Source: Spirochaetia bacterium
GTDB taxonomy: Bacteria; Spirochaetota; Spirochaetia; SZUA-6; Bin103
DNA: 64,000 nucleotides
NCBI GenBank assembly: GCA_965203905.1
Contig: CBDBDQ010000005.1
Span: 6,656,001 to 6,720,000 of the forward strand
Direction: 5' to 3'
Each line of letters starts with the position of its first letter. The stretch's first letter is position 1. The notes beneath the pieces are model-generated. The model worked only from the letters and a program-made list of their open reading frames with translations, did no database searches and was not told the DNA's origin. Made by a program: the position numbers and the translations under genes. Below, one piece after another: positions 1 through 9,996 of this stretch.

Positions 1-1
1 G

Positions 2-1348
2 TTCGCGGGGCTCTACATCCACGACCGTCACGACTGGTCGGAGCGCCATCCGGTGGTGCGGCTGAGCTTTGCCGGCGGCAGCTTCAAGGAGGCGGCGAAG
101 CTGCACGCGAACGTGATGGCACAGTTGGAGGGCGTGGCGGAACAGGAGGGTGTGAGCGCGCGCTACGAGACCGCGCCGGAGCGGTTGGCGTATCTGCTGA
201 GGACGTTGCATGCGCGTGCCGGGCAGCGGGTGGCGGTGCTGGTGGACGAGTACGACAAGCCGATCCTGGACGCACTGGAGATGCCGGAGGTGGCGCTTGC
301 CAACCGCGACTATCTGCGCGGGCTGTACGGGGTGATCAAGGACAGCGACGCGCACGTGCGATTCACGTTCCTGACGGGAGTGAGCAAGTTTACCAAGGTG
401 AGCCTGTTTTCGGACCTGAACAACCTCACCGACATCACCCTCGACCGGCGCTACTCCTCGATCTGCGGCTACACGGAGGATGACCTGGAGGCGGTGTTCG
501 CGCCGGAGCTGGCCGGGCTGGACCGGGAGCGGATCCGGGAGTGGTACAACGGCTACCGGTGGCGTGGTGCGGAGAAGGTGTACAACCCGTACGACGTGCT
601 GCTGCTGTTCGACAGCCGCGAGTTCGCGGCCCACTGGTTCGAGACCGGGACGCCGGCGTTTCTGGTGGACCTGCTGCTCCAGCGCCGGGTGGCGTCGGTG
701 GGGCTGGACCGGATGGTGGGCACGGTGGAGCTGCTGTCGACGTTCGACGTAGGCAAGATCGGTACCGAGGCGCTGCTGTTCCAGACCGGCTACCTGACGA
801 TTACGGGGGAGGAGGAGCTGGGGGGCATGGCGCTGTTCCGGCTGGGCTATCCGAACCGGGAGGTGCGCCAGAGCCTGAATGGGGCTCTGCTGAGTCAACT
901 GGTGCAGGACACGGCGCAGCAGACGGCCAACAGCATGCGTCTGGCGCGGCTGCTGGAGGCGCACGACTGTGCGGGCCTGAAGGACATGTTCCACGCCTTC
1001 TTCGCCAGCATTCCGTACCAATGGTACACCAACAACGACATCGCGCGGTACGAGGGATTCTACGCGAGCGTGGTGTACTCCTACTTTGCGGCGTTGGGGT
1101 ACGAGATCGCGGTGGAGGAGTCGAGCAGCCACGGCCGGCTGGACTTGGCGGTGAGGACCGGCGGGCACGTGTATCTGTTCGAATTCAAGGTGGTCGAGCT
1201 GGCGTCGCCGGGGTCTGCGCTGGTGCAGTTGCGGGAGCGGGACTACGCGGCAAAGTACCGGGGGCGGGGCGAGCCGATCCACCTGATCGGGGTGGAGTTC
1301 AGCCGCGAGACGCGCAACGTGACGGCGTTCGAGGTGGCCGACGGCTGA
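2..1348 (+). CDS. AAA-ATPase-like protein with C-terminal PD-(D/E)XK nuclease domain (5' end outside window)
   Basis: Frame open from base 2; Walker B VLVDEYDKP, FLTGVSKF, YNPYDVL, WFETGTP, GRLDL..FEFK..Y motifs. Confidence 0.9.
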   Translation, partial: FAGLYIHDRHDWSERHPVVRLSFAGGSFKEAAKLHANVMAQLEGVAEQEGVSARYETAPERLAYLLRTLHARAGQRVAVLVDEYDKPILDALEMPEVALANRDYLRGLYGVIKDSDAHVRFTFLTGVSKFTKVSLFSDLNNLTDITLDRRYSSICGYTEDDLEAVFAPELAGLDRERIREWYNGYRWRGAEKVYNPYDVLLLFDSREFAAHWFETGTPAFLVDLLLQRRVASVGLDRMVGTVELLSTFDVGKIGTEALLFQTGYLTITGEEELGGMALFRLGYPNREVRQSLNGALLSQLVQDTAQQTANSMRLARLLEAHDCAGLKDMFHAFFASIPYQWYTNNDIARYEGFYASVVYSYFAALGYEIAVEESSSHGRLDLAVRTGGHVYLFEFKVVELASPGSALVQLRERDYAAKYRGRGEPIHLIGVEFSRETRNVTAFEVADG

Positions 1349-1379
1349 CGCAGCGCCCACACCCACGGCATCCAGGTCT

Positions 1380-1615
1380 GTCTCAGGACAATAGCGCCAC
1401 GGCTCGCGTCTGGGCGCCACGGTAATCGCTTCCGTGACCGCGGCAATCTCCGTCTCGCCGATCCCGGCCCAGGAGCAGGAGGCCGTTCAGCCGGAGATTG
1501 CCGATGGATGGTTTCACCGGGCTGCCGCAGGAAGCATCTACGCGTGGACGCTTTCCGATGCCGGAAGTTCGAATGGACCGCGACCCACACCAGCGTGAGC
1601 AGCATTCCCACCGTC
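1380..1615 (+). pseudogene. Degraded 5' half copy of the secreted-protein gene at 36267-36713
   Basis: Shares ccgtgaccgcggcaatctccgt, caggagcagga, ggaagcatctacgcgtggacg with 36330-36520; frameshifted. Confidence 0.8.
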
Positions 1616-1672
1616 TCGTTCACGCATCGCGCGCGGCTGCCCGCCTCACAGCCGCCCGATCGGCGGGCTGCT

Positions 1673-1999
1673 CTACAGCGACACACCGCGATCGGCGCCG
1701 AGACGGCCGCCACCGCCGCGCAGCCGCGGGTCGAGCAGGTCGCGCACCGCGTCGCCGAACATGTTCAGGCAGTACACGACAACCGTCAGGCACAGCCCCG
1801 GCCACAGCGCCAGCCGCGGCGCCACCTCCATGAACTCGCGCCCTTCCCGGCTCAGCATCCCGCCCCAGCTCGGCACCGAGATCGGCAGTCCGAACCCAAG
1901 AAAGCTCAGCGCAGCCTCGCGGTCTTGAATCTAGTCCCATCGGCGCCGCGAGGATACCCGGCCTCATCAAGCAACGCTTCGGCGCCTTCAGGGTCGTAG
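1673..1999 (-). pseudogene. Fused remnant: dppA internal piece (1921-1999) joined to dppC 3' end (1673-1920)
   Basis: DYDPEGAEALLDEAGYPRGADGTRFKT (cf. 5410-5490) followed by PSWGGMLSREGREFMEVAP..DLLDPRLRGGGG (cf. 13984-14230). Confidence 0.85.
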
Positions 2000-2212
2000 T
2001 CGGCGACGCAGCGAGTCTGAATGACCGGCAACGCCGGCGGTGAGTTGACGGGTGGCGCTACAGGGACCGTCCATGGCTCTACCGTGCGACTGTAGCACGG
2101 ACCCGTGAGTCGGGTCAGGTACGCCAGATCGCATGGATCGCATGGGGCTGCGGGCCGGTTCGTTGGAGAGAAAGGTTGTCCTGAAGACACTTTGAGGATA
2201 TACTTTTGGTGT

Positions 2213-2443
2213 ATGAAGACGATTACAGTCAAGGAACTGAAGGCCCATTGGGCCACCGTCGAGTCGGAGATCCGCTTGGGGGAGACGTTCGAGGTACTCA
2301 ACCGGGGCCGGGTTGCCGCCCACATCGTACCGCCGCGGCCGCGTCCCGTGGTCGCGTGGCCGGATCATCTGAGCACCGCTCTTCAGAACGACGACACCAA
2401 GGGGGCGGACATCGTCGCGTCGCACCGACACGAACGACGTTGA
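2213..2443 (+). CDS. Phd/YefM-family antitoxin
   Basis: MKTITVKELKAH..GETFEVLNRGRVAAHIVP; overlaps the PIN gene (TTGA). Confidence 0.85.
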   Translation: MKTITVKELKAHWATVESEIRLGETFEVLNRGRVAAHIVPPRPRPVVAWPDHLSTALQNDDTKGADIVASHRHERR

Positions 2444-2871
2444 TCTATCTCGACACCAGCGCGTTCATCAAGCTGTACCTGAAGGAAGAGGGGTCCGCTG
2501 CGGTGCATGAAGCGGTGGTCTCCCAGCAGGAGCCGCTGCCGGTGTGGAGTGTGCTCGAGTTGGAACTGTACAACGCGTTGCGGTTCAAGGTGTTCATCAA
2601 TGAGCTGACCGAGCAGGAGGTGGACGGTCTCCTGTCCACCTATCGCACACGCAAGCGCGCCGGCCAGTATCACGTGCCCCTTCTCGACCCGGTTGCACTG
2701 CACGAGCGTGCGATCGAGCTGACCTTGCGCACGCCGACCACTGGCTGCCGGTCGCTGGACATTCTTCATGTCGCTGCCGCCGACCTCCTGGCAGCGGAGC
2801 TGTTCGTGACCGGTGACCGACGCCAAGCCACGCTGGGGGAAGGCGAGGGCCTGCCGGTCAGGCTCGTCTGA
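2440..2871 (+). CDS. vapC: VapC PIN-domain toxin
   Basis: IYLDTSAFIKLY..E..RSLDILHVAAA..FVTGDRRQ. Confidence 0.9.
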   Translation: MIYLDTSAFIKLYLKEEGSAAVHEAVVSQQEPLPVWSVLELELYNALRFKVFINELTEQEVDGLLSTYRTRKRAGQYHVPLLDPVALHERAIELTLRTPTTGCRSLDILHVAAADLLAAELFVTGDRRQATLGEGEGLPVRLV

Positions 2872-2998
2872 CGCTTTGATCGCGTCAGGTTTAGTCGTGG
2901 TTTAGTCGTAACCGGTCTTGGGTGCCATCCCATCCTCCTTTGACGTGCGCGCACCCTCCGTACGGGTTGCCGATCCAGCGGAGTTGTAGACGCGGTTA

Positions 2999-3889
2999 CT
3001 AGCCGCCGGCGCCGAGCCGACCGCCGCCACCGCGGAGGCGCGGGTCGAGCAGGTCGCGCACGGCGTCGCCGAACATGTTCAGACTGTAGACCACGATCGT
3101 CAGGCACAGGCCGGGCCAGAGCGCCAGCCAGGGCGCCTGCTGCATGTACTCACGCCCTTCCCGGCTGAGCATGGCACCCCAGCTCGGCACGCCGACCGGC
3201 AGACCGAAGCCGAGAAAGCTCAGGGAAGCCTCACTGATGATCACCCCACCGACGTTGATGCTGAAGACGATGATGACGACCGGCATGATATTGGGCAGGA
3301 CATGGTGGATGAATGTCCGCCACTTTGAGGCGCCGATCACCTCCGCCGCCTGGAAGTACGCGTTCTCCTTGATGTCGATCACGGCGCCTCGCACCAATCT
3401 CGAACCGCCGATGCCTCCTGATATCCCCAGCACCAGGATGAGCTGTGGCACACCTCGCCCCACGATGGACATGATGGTCAACAACAGCAGCAGTCCCGGA
3501 ATAGCCATCCAGGCATCGACAAATCTCTGCACCACCAGGTCCAACTTGCCGCCAAAGAATCCTGACGTGCCGCCGATCAGGAGAGCAACCACGACATTGA
3601 GCGCGGTCGCTGCCAGACCGACGACCATCGACAGCCGCGCGCCGTAGATGACGCGGCTGAACAGGTCTCGCCCCAAGTGGTCGGTACCGAGCGGATACGC
3701 GGCTGATGAGCCGGTCAGCCGGTCCGCCAAGTGTATTTCAATGTATCCATACGGGGCCAGGACATCGGCCAGGATAGCCACCAGGATCACGAGCACGATG
3801 ATGATCCCGCTGATCGTGCCGAGTGACTTCTCCCGCCACATCCTGACGAAGAAAGAGGCCGTTCCCGGTACCGCGGTGGGGTCGCTCAT
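2999..3889 (-). CDS. DppC/OppC-like ABC permease (operon 1)
   Basis: LGTDHLGRDLFSR, HHVLPN, EASLSFLG, GDAVRDLLDPR; ATG overlaps the dppB stop. Confidence 0.93.
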   Translation of the reverse strand: MSDPTAVPGTASFFVRMWREKSLGTISGIIIVLVILVAILADVLAPYGYIEIHLADRLTGSSAAYPLGTDHLGRDLFSRVIYGARLSMVVGLAATALNVVVALLIGGTSGFFGGKLDLVVQRFVDAWMAIPGLLLLLTIMSIVGRGVPQLILVLGISGGIGGSRLVRGAVIDIKENAYFQAAEVIGASKWRTFIHHVLPNIMPVVIIVFSINVGGVIISEASLSFLGFGLPVGVPSWGAMLSREGREYMQQAPWLALWPGLCLTIVVYSLNMFGDAVRDLLDPRLRGGGGRLGAGG

Positions 3890-4842
3890 TGATAACGGAC
3901 CCGCGGATCCAGGTAGCCATAGAGCAGGTCGACCATGAGATTCACCCCGACCACCGCTGCGCCGAACACCAGGTTTACTCCGGAGACCATCGGGTAATCC
4001 CTGTCGGTGAGCGCGGCCAGCATGAGACGACCCAACCCCGGCAGGTTGAATATGTTCTCCATGATCACCGAACCGCCTACCAGGATCGGCAACTGCAGTC
4101 CAACCAGAGTGACTATCGGGATGAGGGCGTTCTTGATGGCGTGTCTGACAACGACCGCTCTCTCCCTGAGCCCCTTTGACCAGGCCGTGCGGATGTAGTC
4201 CTGCCGCAGCACCTCCAGCATCATGGTGCGCGTTATCCGCATGGTGGCTGCGGACAGGTAGGTGCCCAGAATCAGGCTGGGGATGATGAACACGCCGAGA
4301 CTTCCCAGCGGGTCTTCTGTGAACTGAATCACTTCCATCGGTGGTGCCCAGCCCCACCAGATCACCGGGTACAGCATGACCATCATTGCCAGCCAGAAGT
4401 TCGGCGTGGCCAGGCCGACGATGGCCACCGAGCGTCCCACGTAGTCGGCGGACGTATCCTGCCGAATCGCCGAGTAGATGCCGATTGGCAGGGCGATTAC
4501 CAGCCCGATGACGATCGACATGAGGCCGAGCTGAATCGTTACCGGCAATCGACTTACTATCGTCTCCTCTATCGTGTCCCGGTTGCCAACCAGTGAACGA
4601 CCGAGGCTGCCGCGCAGGAAAATATCGCCTAACCAGCGTACATACTGCACGTAGCCAGGCACGTCCAATCCCAGCATACGCTCGAGCGCCTCCCGGTCTA
4701 CCTCGGCTGAGAAGTCCACCGTGCCCAACATTGCGTCAATGGTATCGCCGGGGATGAAGCGGACCGAAAAGAAGACGATAAGGCTCAAAATGAGCAGGGT
4801 GGGGATAACGAGCAGCAACCGCCTGATGATATAGGCCCGCAT
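3886..4842 (-). CDS. DppB/OppB-like ABC permease (operon 1)
   Basis: YIIRRLL, QDYIRTAWSKGL..RHAIKNA, DPRVRY. Confidence 0.95.
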   Translation of the reverse strand: MRAYIIRRLLLVIPTLLILSLIVFFSVRFIPGDTIDAMLGTVDFSAEVDREALERMLGLDVPGYVQYVRWLGDIFLRGSLGRSLVGNRDTIEETIVSRLPVTIQLGLMSIVIGLVIALPIGIYSAIRQDTSADYVGRSVAIVGLATPNFWLAMMVMLYPVIWWGWAPPMEVIQFTEDPLGSLGVFIIPSLILGTYLSAATMRITRTMMLEVLRQDYIRTAWSKGLRERAVVVRHAIKNALIPIVTLVGLQLPILVGGSVIMENIFNLPGLGRLMLAALTDRDYPMVSGVNLVFGAAVVGVNLMVDLLYGYLDPRVRYQ

Positions 4843-4914
4843 GTCACATGAAATGAACGGCGAGCTGGAAAGAAAGAGCCTCCCAACTCGCCGATAACCG
4901 GGGGGATAAGACCC

Positions 4915-6693
4915 CTAGAATCCCATTTCTTCCTTCAACTGACTATCAATCCAAAGGCGCGAGATAACGAGGCTGTCCTCATTCGGTCCGAGATCGAATT
5001 CACCGCTGTAGCCTGTGACCCACGGCTGGAGTGCCCAAAACTGGGGAGCCTTGGGGCCCCATATTTGATAGTGGTGCTCGATCGCGTACATATCAACCTC
5101 TCTCACCCACTTCTGCTGCTCCTCGAAGGTAGTAGCGGCCAGAGCGGCGTCAACGAGAGCGTCCAACTCAGGCCACTGATGCAAGGGACGGTTCCACTGT
5201 GCGTCCGAGCGATGCCAGCCTACTAGAACTGGAGCGGCATAACTGGCGCCCCCAAGGCTTTGCATCATGCCTTCATAGCTACGCGCGAAGAGGTCCGCGT
5301 GATACAGGGCCCAGTCGCTGTAATCGTTGACCTCCACGTCGACGCCGATTTCGGCCCAGTAGGCGGCAGCGATCTCTGCATAGCTTGACCCACCGAGTGA
5401 CCTCGCGGACGTCTTGAATCGCGTGCCATCCGCGCCGCGCGGATATCCAGCCTCATCAAGGAGCTCCTCGGCACCTTCCGGGTCGTACGTATAGCCCTTC
5501 TTGACCTCTTCGGGCCACTCTTCGAATGGGATGTAAAACCCTTGAGCCCCTACTATCCCCTGAGGCGTCGCACTTGCGTAGCCCTTCCAGTACGTGTCCG
5601 CAATGGTCTCGAGGTCCAGGGCCATTTGCATCGCCTTGCGCACCCGGACGTCGTCAAAGGGCGGCACTCTTACGTTTGCAGCAAAGGTAGCCGTAGACCG
5701 AAAATAATGCGTATGTAGCACGATTTCGGGGTTGGTCTTCTGCAGGCTGTCTACGGCGTCGACAGATTTTAACCAACCACCTGAAGGGCCTCTGAGATCA
5801 ATCGTCCCTGAGATGAGTGCCGCCTGGAGTGTTGCTTCCTCCGGAATAATCAAATAACGTACCTCGTCAACGTAAGGCAGGCGGTTCTCGGGGTACTTTT
5901 CGTCATAGCCCCAGTAATCAGGGTTTCTGGTCCGGGTAGAAGAGCTGCCGTCCACCCAGTCAGTCATCTCAAAGGGCCCGGTGCCGACCAGGTTCCTCCA
6001 ATCCGTGATACCACCGTGTTCCTTGATTACCTCTGGCGGCAATATGTAAACCATCAGATCCTGGGTGATGACCTGAAACGCGGGCAGGTAAGGCCGCTTC
6101 AACTTCATGACAACCGTCGAATCGTCGGACGCAGTCACCGATTCGAATGGCACGCCAAGGAGGTTGGAAGCGCCCCCAAAGGGGGATGGTCCGACGTCGG
6201 CGAAGTCGCCCAGACCTACCATACGGTGAAAGTTGAATTCGACATCCTGCGCCGTCAGCAGACGGCCGTTCATCGGGGCCTTATCGTGCCAGCGAACGCC
6301 GTCGCGGATGTGGAAGATAAAGGTGGTATCGTCAGGCGTTTCCCAGCTTTCGGCCAGCCGCCCCGTTACCACGAACGGCGGGTAGGTGTTCGCCGCTTTC
6401 AAGTCCCACACATCTCTGTCTATTCCCCAGTTGGCGATAGCCAGCTTCTCCAAGACGCCCATGATCGGTGGGTCTGGCCAGCCGGAATAGGGGTCCCAAC
6501 TATTGAGCATGCCCTTGTAACCGACGGTCAGCGTCCCGCCATACTCCGGCGCCACTACCATCTCACCGGTGGTGGGATCGGTCACATACTGCTTGTCGGC
6601 GGCGGCGGCCGGCGCCTCCTCCTCGCCGCTGGCAAACGTAACGGTAGCCACCAGCGCGAGCGCCAGTGCCAATACAAGTGATCGAAGAGCCAT
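4915..6693 (-). CDS. DppA/OppA-like (family 5) solute-binding protein (operon 1)
   Basis: GAGGAG SD then MALRSLVLA signal peptide; LAESWE, GTGPF, DVRVRKAM, YDPEGA. Confidence 0.93.
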   Translation of the reverse strand: MALRSLVLALALALVATVTFASGEEEAPAAAADKQYVTDPTTGEMVVAPEYGGTLTVGYKGMLNSWDPYSGWPDPPIMGVLEKLAIANWGIDRDVWDLKAANTYPPFVVTGRLAESWETPDDTTFIFHIRDGVRWHDKAPMNGRLLTAQDVEFNFHRMVGLGDFADVGPSPFGGASNLLGVPFESVTASDDSTVVMKLKRPYLPAFQVITQDLMVYILPPEVIKEHGGITDWRNLVGTGPFEMTDWVDGSSSTRTRNPDYWGYDEKYPENRLPYVDEVRYLIIPEEATLQAALISGTIDLRGPSGGWLKSVDAVDSLQKTNPEIVLHTHYFRSTATFAANVRVPPFDDVRVRKAMQMALDLETIADTYWKGYASATPQGIVGAQGFYIPFEEWPEEVKKGYTYDPEGAEELLDEAGYPRGADGTRFKTSARSLGGSSYAEIAAAYWAEIGVDVEVNDYSDWALYHADLFARSYEGMMQSLGGASYAAPVLVGWHRSDAQWNRPLHQWPELDALVDAALAATTFEEQQKWVREVDMYAIEHHYQIWGPKAPQFWALQPWVTGYSGEFDLGPNEDSLVISRLWIDSQLKEEMGF

Positions 6694-6706
6694 AATCGTG
6701 CTCCTC

Positions 6707-6767
6707 TTTTTTGCGGAGCGCGAGTCTGCGCCCCGTTTTTTTTGCCGGATACTCCGGCTTTTTTTTT
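6707..6767. promoter_or_regulatory. Two hairpins separated by T6/T8/T9 tracts (A-tracts on the dppA mRNA) directly upstream of the SD
   Basis: cggagcgcgagtctgcgccccg-T8-gccggatactccggc-T9. Confidence 0.55.
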
Positions 6768-7179
6768 CGTGTAGTGTTGCTGTTGGCCGGCCCTGCGATC
6801 CTGCCGCTCGGAACGGAAAGCAGCGAGCAGGCTGCGGTGCTCGAGCGCTGCGCAGGGGCACGGGCGGGCTACCCGCCGCAACCCGCGAGCAGCGTGGTGT
6901 GCTGGGAGTGGAGTTCTGCTGGTCGCCCGGCTGATAGCCGCGACGGGGTGAAAGACTGACGAATTGCGAGTGCCCGGCTGGCGGAGCGGTTAGTGAGCCG
7001 GTCTACTAGGTTGTGTTCATATTCCCCGGGGGGGGGTAGGCGAGGATAGGACGCGCCGGTTGCGTTGCCGCTAGGAGCGTGTCGGCTGCGCCGACGAGGT
7101 CCGAGCGTACCGGTGGGATGGGCCACCCGCTTCGCGGCCCTTCGGGGCGGCGCCTCGGGCGTCGGTTTTGGGGCGCTAG

Positions 7180-9038
7180 GAGTCTGTCGGATTGGCCGCA
7201 CGGAGCAGGCGACGGGGTGCTGGGGCGGTTCCCGGAGTGGATAGCGGCTGCATGAACCCATGCTGTCACAGATCGTTGGATGGTGCTACCCAGTGCCAGA
7301 GAACATGGCCACAGGGAATTAGTGGGCACTCATCAAGAGGCGAACATTGGTTGGCCGATCTCCTGCAGTTGGCTGGACATTGGCTTCTGATTTCGGATAG
7401 TCTTGGAGGTCCATAATCAGTACCTGGGGTGCTCATGGCAGACGACTTTCGCCCACTTGATCGAGACACGCCGATGTTCCTGCCGCCGTCCATTCAGGAG
7501 TGGCTACCGGAACAGCATCTGGCGCGTTTTGTAGTGGATATCGTAGACCAACTCGATCTCGGTGAAATAACCAGTCAGTACGCCGGTAGTGGCGGCAAGC
7601 GAGCCTATCATCCGGCCCTGCTGGTGGCCCTGTTGTTCTACGGCTACGCCACCGGGGTGTTCTCCAGCCGGAAGTTGGAGCAGGCCACGTACGACTCGGT
7701 GGCGGTTCGCTACATCACCGGAGATGAGCATCCTGACCATGACACGATAGCGAACTTTCGGAAACGGTTTCTGGCTGAGTTGGAAGGGCTGTTCAAGCAG
7801 ATCCTGGAGTTGGCGGCAGAGCTGGGAGCGCTCCGGCTGGGGACGGTGAGCCTGGACGGGAGCAAGATGCAGGGGAACGCGAGCAAGCACAAAGCGATGA
7901 GCTGGGGGCATGCGAACAAGCTGGAGCGGCAGTTGCAGGGGGAGGTGGAGAAGCTGCTGAAGCTGGCCGAGCAAGCGGACCAGAACACGGAGCAGGAGCA
8001 GCAGGAGTTGGATATCCCGGAAGAATTGAAGCGCCGGGAGGAGCGGCTGGCGGGGATACGGGAAGCGCAGGAGAAGATCACCGAGCGCGCACGAGAGCGC
8101 CACGAGGGGGAGCGAGCGGAGTACGAAGAGAAGCTGAAGCGGCGCCAGGAACGAGAGGCAAAGACCGGCAAGAAGATGGGAGGGCGACCGCCGAAAGAAC
8201 CGGAAGCAGGACCGGAAGAGAAAGATCAAGTGAACTTCACGGATGAAGAATCGCGGATCATGCGGGGAGCGAACGGGGAATTCGTGCAGGGCTACAACGC
8301 GCAAGCGGTGGTAGACCATGACAGTCATCTGGTAGTAGGGAACCACGTCAGCCAAGCGACCAACGACAAGCAGGAAGTGGAACCGGCACTGACCGAGTTG
8401 GGGAAAGTGGAAGAGGCCCTGGGGAAGCCGGAAGCGGTGGTAGCGGATGCCGGGTACCACAGCAAAGAGAACGTGGAGAAGTGTGTGGAGGAGGGCATCG
8501 AGCCGTATATCGCGGGGAGCCGAGAACGCCACAACCAGGCACTGGAAGAACGCATGCAGGCGCCCCCGGAGTGTCCTGCCGATGCGGATGCGGTGACGGC
8601 GATGCAGCATCGTATGCAGACGCCTGAAGGCAAGGCGATCTACGGCAAGCGCAAGGCCACGGTGGAGACGGTATTCGGGGTAATCAAGGAAGTGCTGGGA
8701 TTTCGGCGCTTCCATCTGCGCGGATTACGCGGCGCCGAGGGCGAATGGTCTCTGGTGTGCACGGCGTGGAATCTGAAGCGGCTGTATGTCCTGGTAGGAG
8801 GATAGCGGAGATAAGTGGGTCCCAGCGAACGAACAGTGGAGCCCGAAAGGGCGTCCAGGCCACCCTGGCGAGCAGTTCTGGCGTCCCGATCACTGACAAA
8901 GGGCCTCAATCACTCTCGGAGGGCCCGCTTGGGCACTCTTGACAGCGCAACCAAGCGCTCGCGCCCCCAGCCGGCAGCTTGCATCGCTCCCCGTGGATCA
9001 GCAGGTCCTCACCCCATGAAGCTGATTCCGACAGACTC
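7180..9038 (+). mobile_element. IS1182-family insertion sequence
   Basis: IRs gagtctgtcgga (7180) and tccgacagactc (ends 9038), flanked by CTAG at 7176-7179 and 9039-9042; contains a transposase. Confidence 0.85.
7429..8805 (+). CDS. IS1182-family DDE transposase
   Basis: YHPALL..YGYATGVFSSRKLE, HPDHDTIANFR, SLDGSK, QGYNAQ, ADAGY, RKATVETVFG. Confidence 0.93.
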   Translation: MLMADDFRPLDRDTPMFLPPSIQEWLPEQHLARFVVDIVDQLDLGEITSQYAGSGGKRAYHPALLVALLFYGYATGVFSSRKLEQATYDSVAVRYITGDEHPDHDTIANFRKRFLAELEGLFKQILELAAELGALRLGTVSLDGSKMQGNASKHKAMSWGHANKLERQLQGEVEKLLKLAEQADQNTEQEQQELDIPEELKRREERLAGIREAQEKITERARERHEGERAEYEEKLKRRQEREAKTGKKMGGRPPKEPEAGPEEKDQVNFTDEESRIMRGANGEFVQGYNAQAVVDHDSHLVVGNHVSQATNDKQEVEPALTELGKVEEALGKPEAVVADAGYHSKENVEKCVEEGIEPYIAGSRERHNQALEERMQAPPECPADADAVTAMQHRMQTPEGKAIYGKRKATVETVFGVIKEVLGFRRFHLRGLRGAEGEWSLVCTAWNLKRLYVLVGG

Positions 9039-9157
9039 CTAGGCAGTTGCTGCGCGGGTATGTGTCGTCAGGTGCCATGCGCATCGTTCGCCATCCCAGG
9101 GCAATCACTATAGCAGACGTTGCAACAGCCGTCAAGCGCCCGCAAGTGCCAGAAAAG

Positions 9158-9507
9158 TGCCAGAATCAGTACTCGCTGGCGCATAGGCAACCCGAGCAGG
9201 ACGGCACCCTGGCCGCCGCCGCGGCGCGGGGACTGGCATTCATCCCTGGAGCCCCCTGGGTGGCATCGCCGACCCGCCGCATGGGGCGCGTGATCTTGCT
9301 CGACGGCACCCCGCGGTTGCCCGCCTGGCCGAGCGCCACGGCGTGAGCCCGCAGCGGCTGGTGGTCGCCTGGCTGCTGAGCAAGGGGCCCCACGTCCTGG
9401 TGATCGTCGGCGCCAGCCGGGCCGCCACCATCGAGGACTCGGCACCCGCTGCCGACCTTGAACTGGATGCCAGCGACCTCGCCCGGCTCGATGCAGCCAC
9501 CCTCTGA
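9158..9507 (+). pseudogene. Aldo/keto reductase 3' fragment (frameshifted)
   Basis: QNQYSL..GLAFIP/WSPLGG..LAERHGVSPQRLVVAWLL..IVGASRAATIEDS..DLARLD*. Confidence 0.75.
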
Positions 9508-9582
9508 CCGAGGTCGTGTACCCTCGCGGCCCGTGCTCGGTTGTCTTCCCGCCGCCCGATGTCGTACCTTTCCAGCGACTTC

Positions 9583-9996
9583 ATGCGTCATACGACGGAA
9601 ATCACGTTAGTCAATCGAGCCGATGAAATCCGGGCTGAGAGTGGAATCATCGAGCGGGGAGAAGTGCGGCGGGTGGTAGTGGGCGATGCGTTGGTCGACA
9701 CAGGTGCAACCATGCTCTCGTTGCCTCAATCCGTTGTCCGGCAGTTGGGGCTCACACCGGTCGGTACGGCACGGTCTTTTACCGCCAACGGCACCGTGGA
9801 ACGGGGCATCTATTCGGAGGTCAGGTTCACGGTCCTGGGGAGGTCCGGGACGCTCGAGGTTACCGAGCTTCCCGACGATGCACCGGTGCTGGTCGGCCAC
9901 ATGGTGATGGAGTTGCTGGACTTGGCCGTCGACATGCAGCGCGGCCTCACCTACAACCCCGCCCACGACGGCCAGCGGACCGTGGAGCAACTCTGA
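9583..9996 (+). CDS. Clan AA (retropepsin-like) aspartyl protease
   Basis: ALVDTGATMLSLP, TANG, VLVGHMVMELLDLAVD. Confidence 0.85.
   Translation: MRHTTEITLVNRADEIRAESGIIERGEVRRVVVGDALVDTGATMLSLPQSVVRQLGLTPVGTARSFTANGTVERGIYSEVRFTVLGRSGTLEVTELPDDAPVLVGHMVMELLDLAVDMQRGLTYNPAHDGQRTVEQL

Noticed and set aside
6780-7000. Riboswitch upstream of dppA1
   Set aside because: GC-rich stems are possible, but I recognise no riboswitch consensus.
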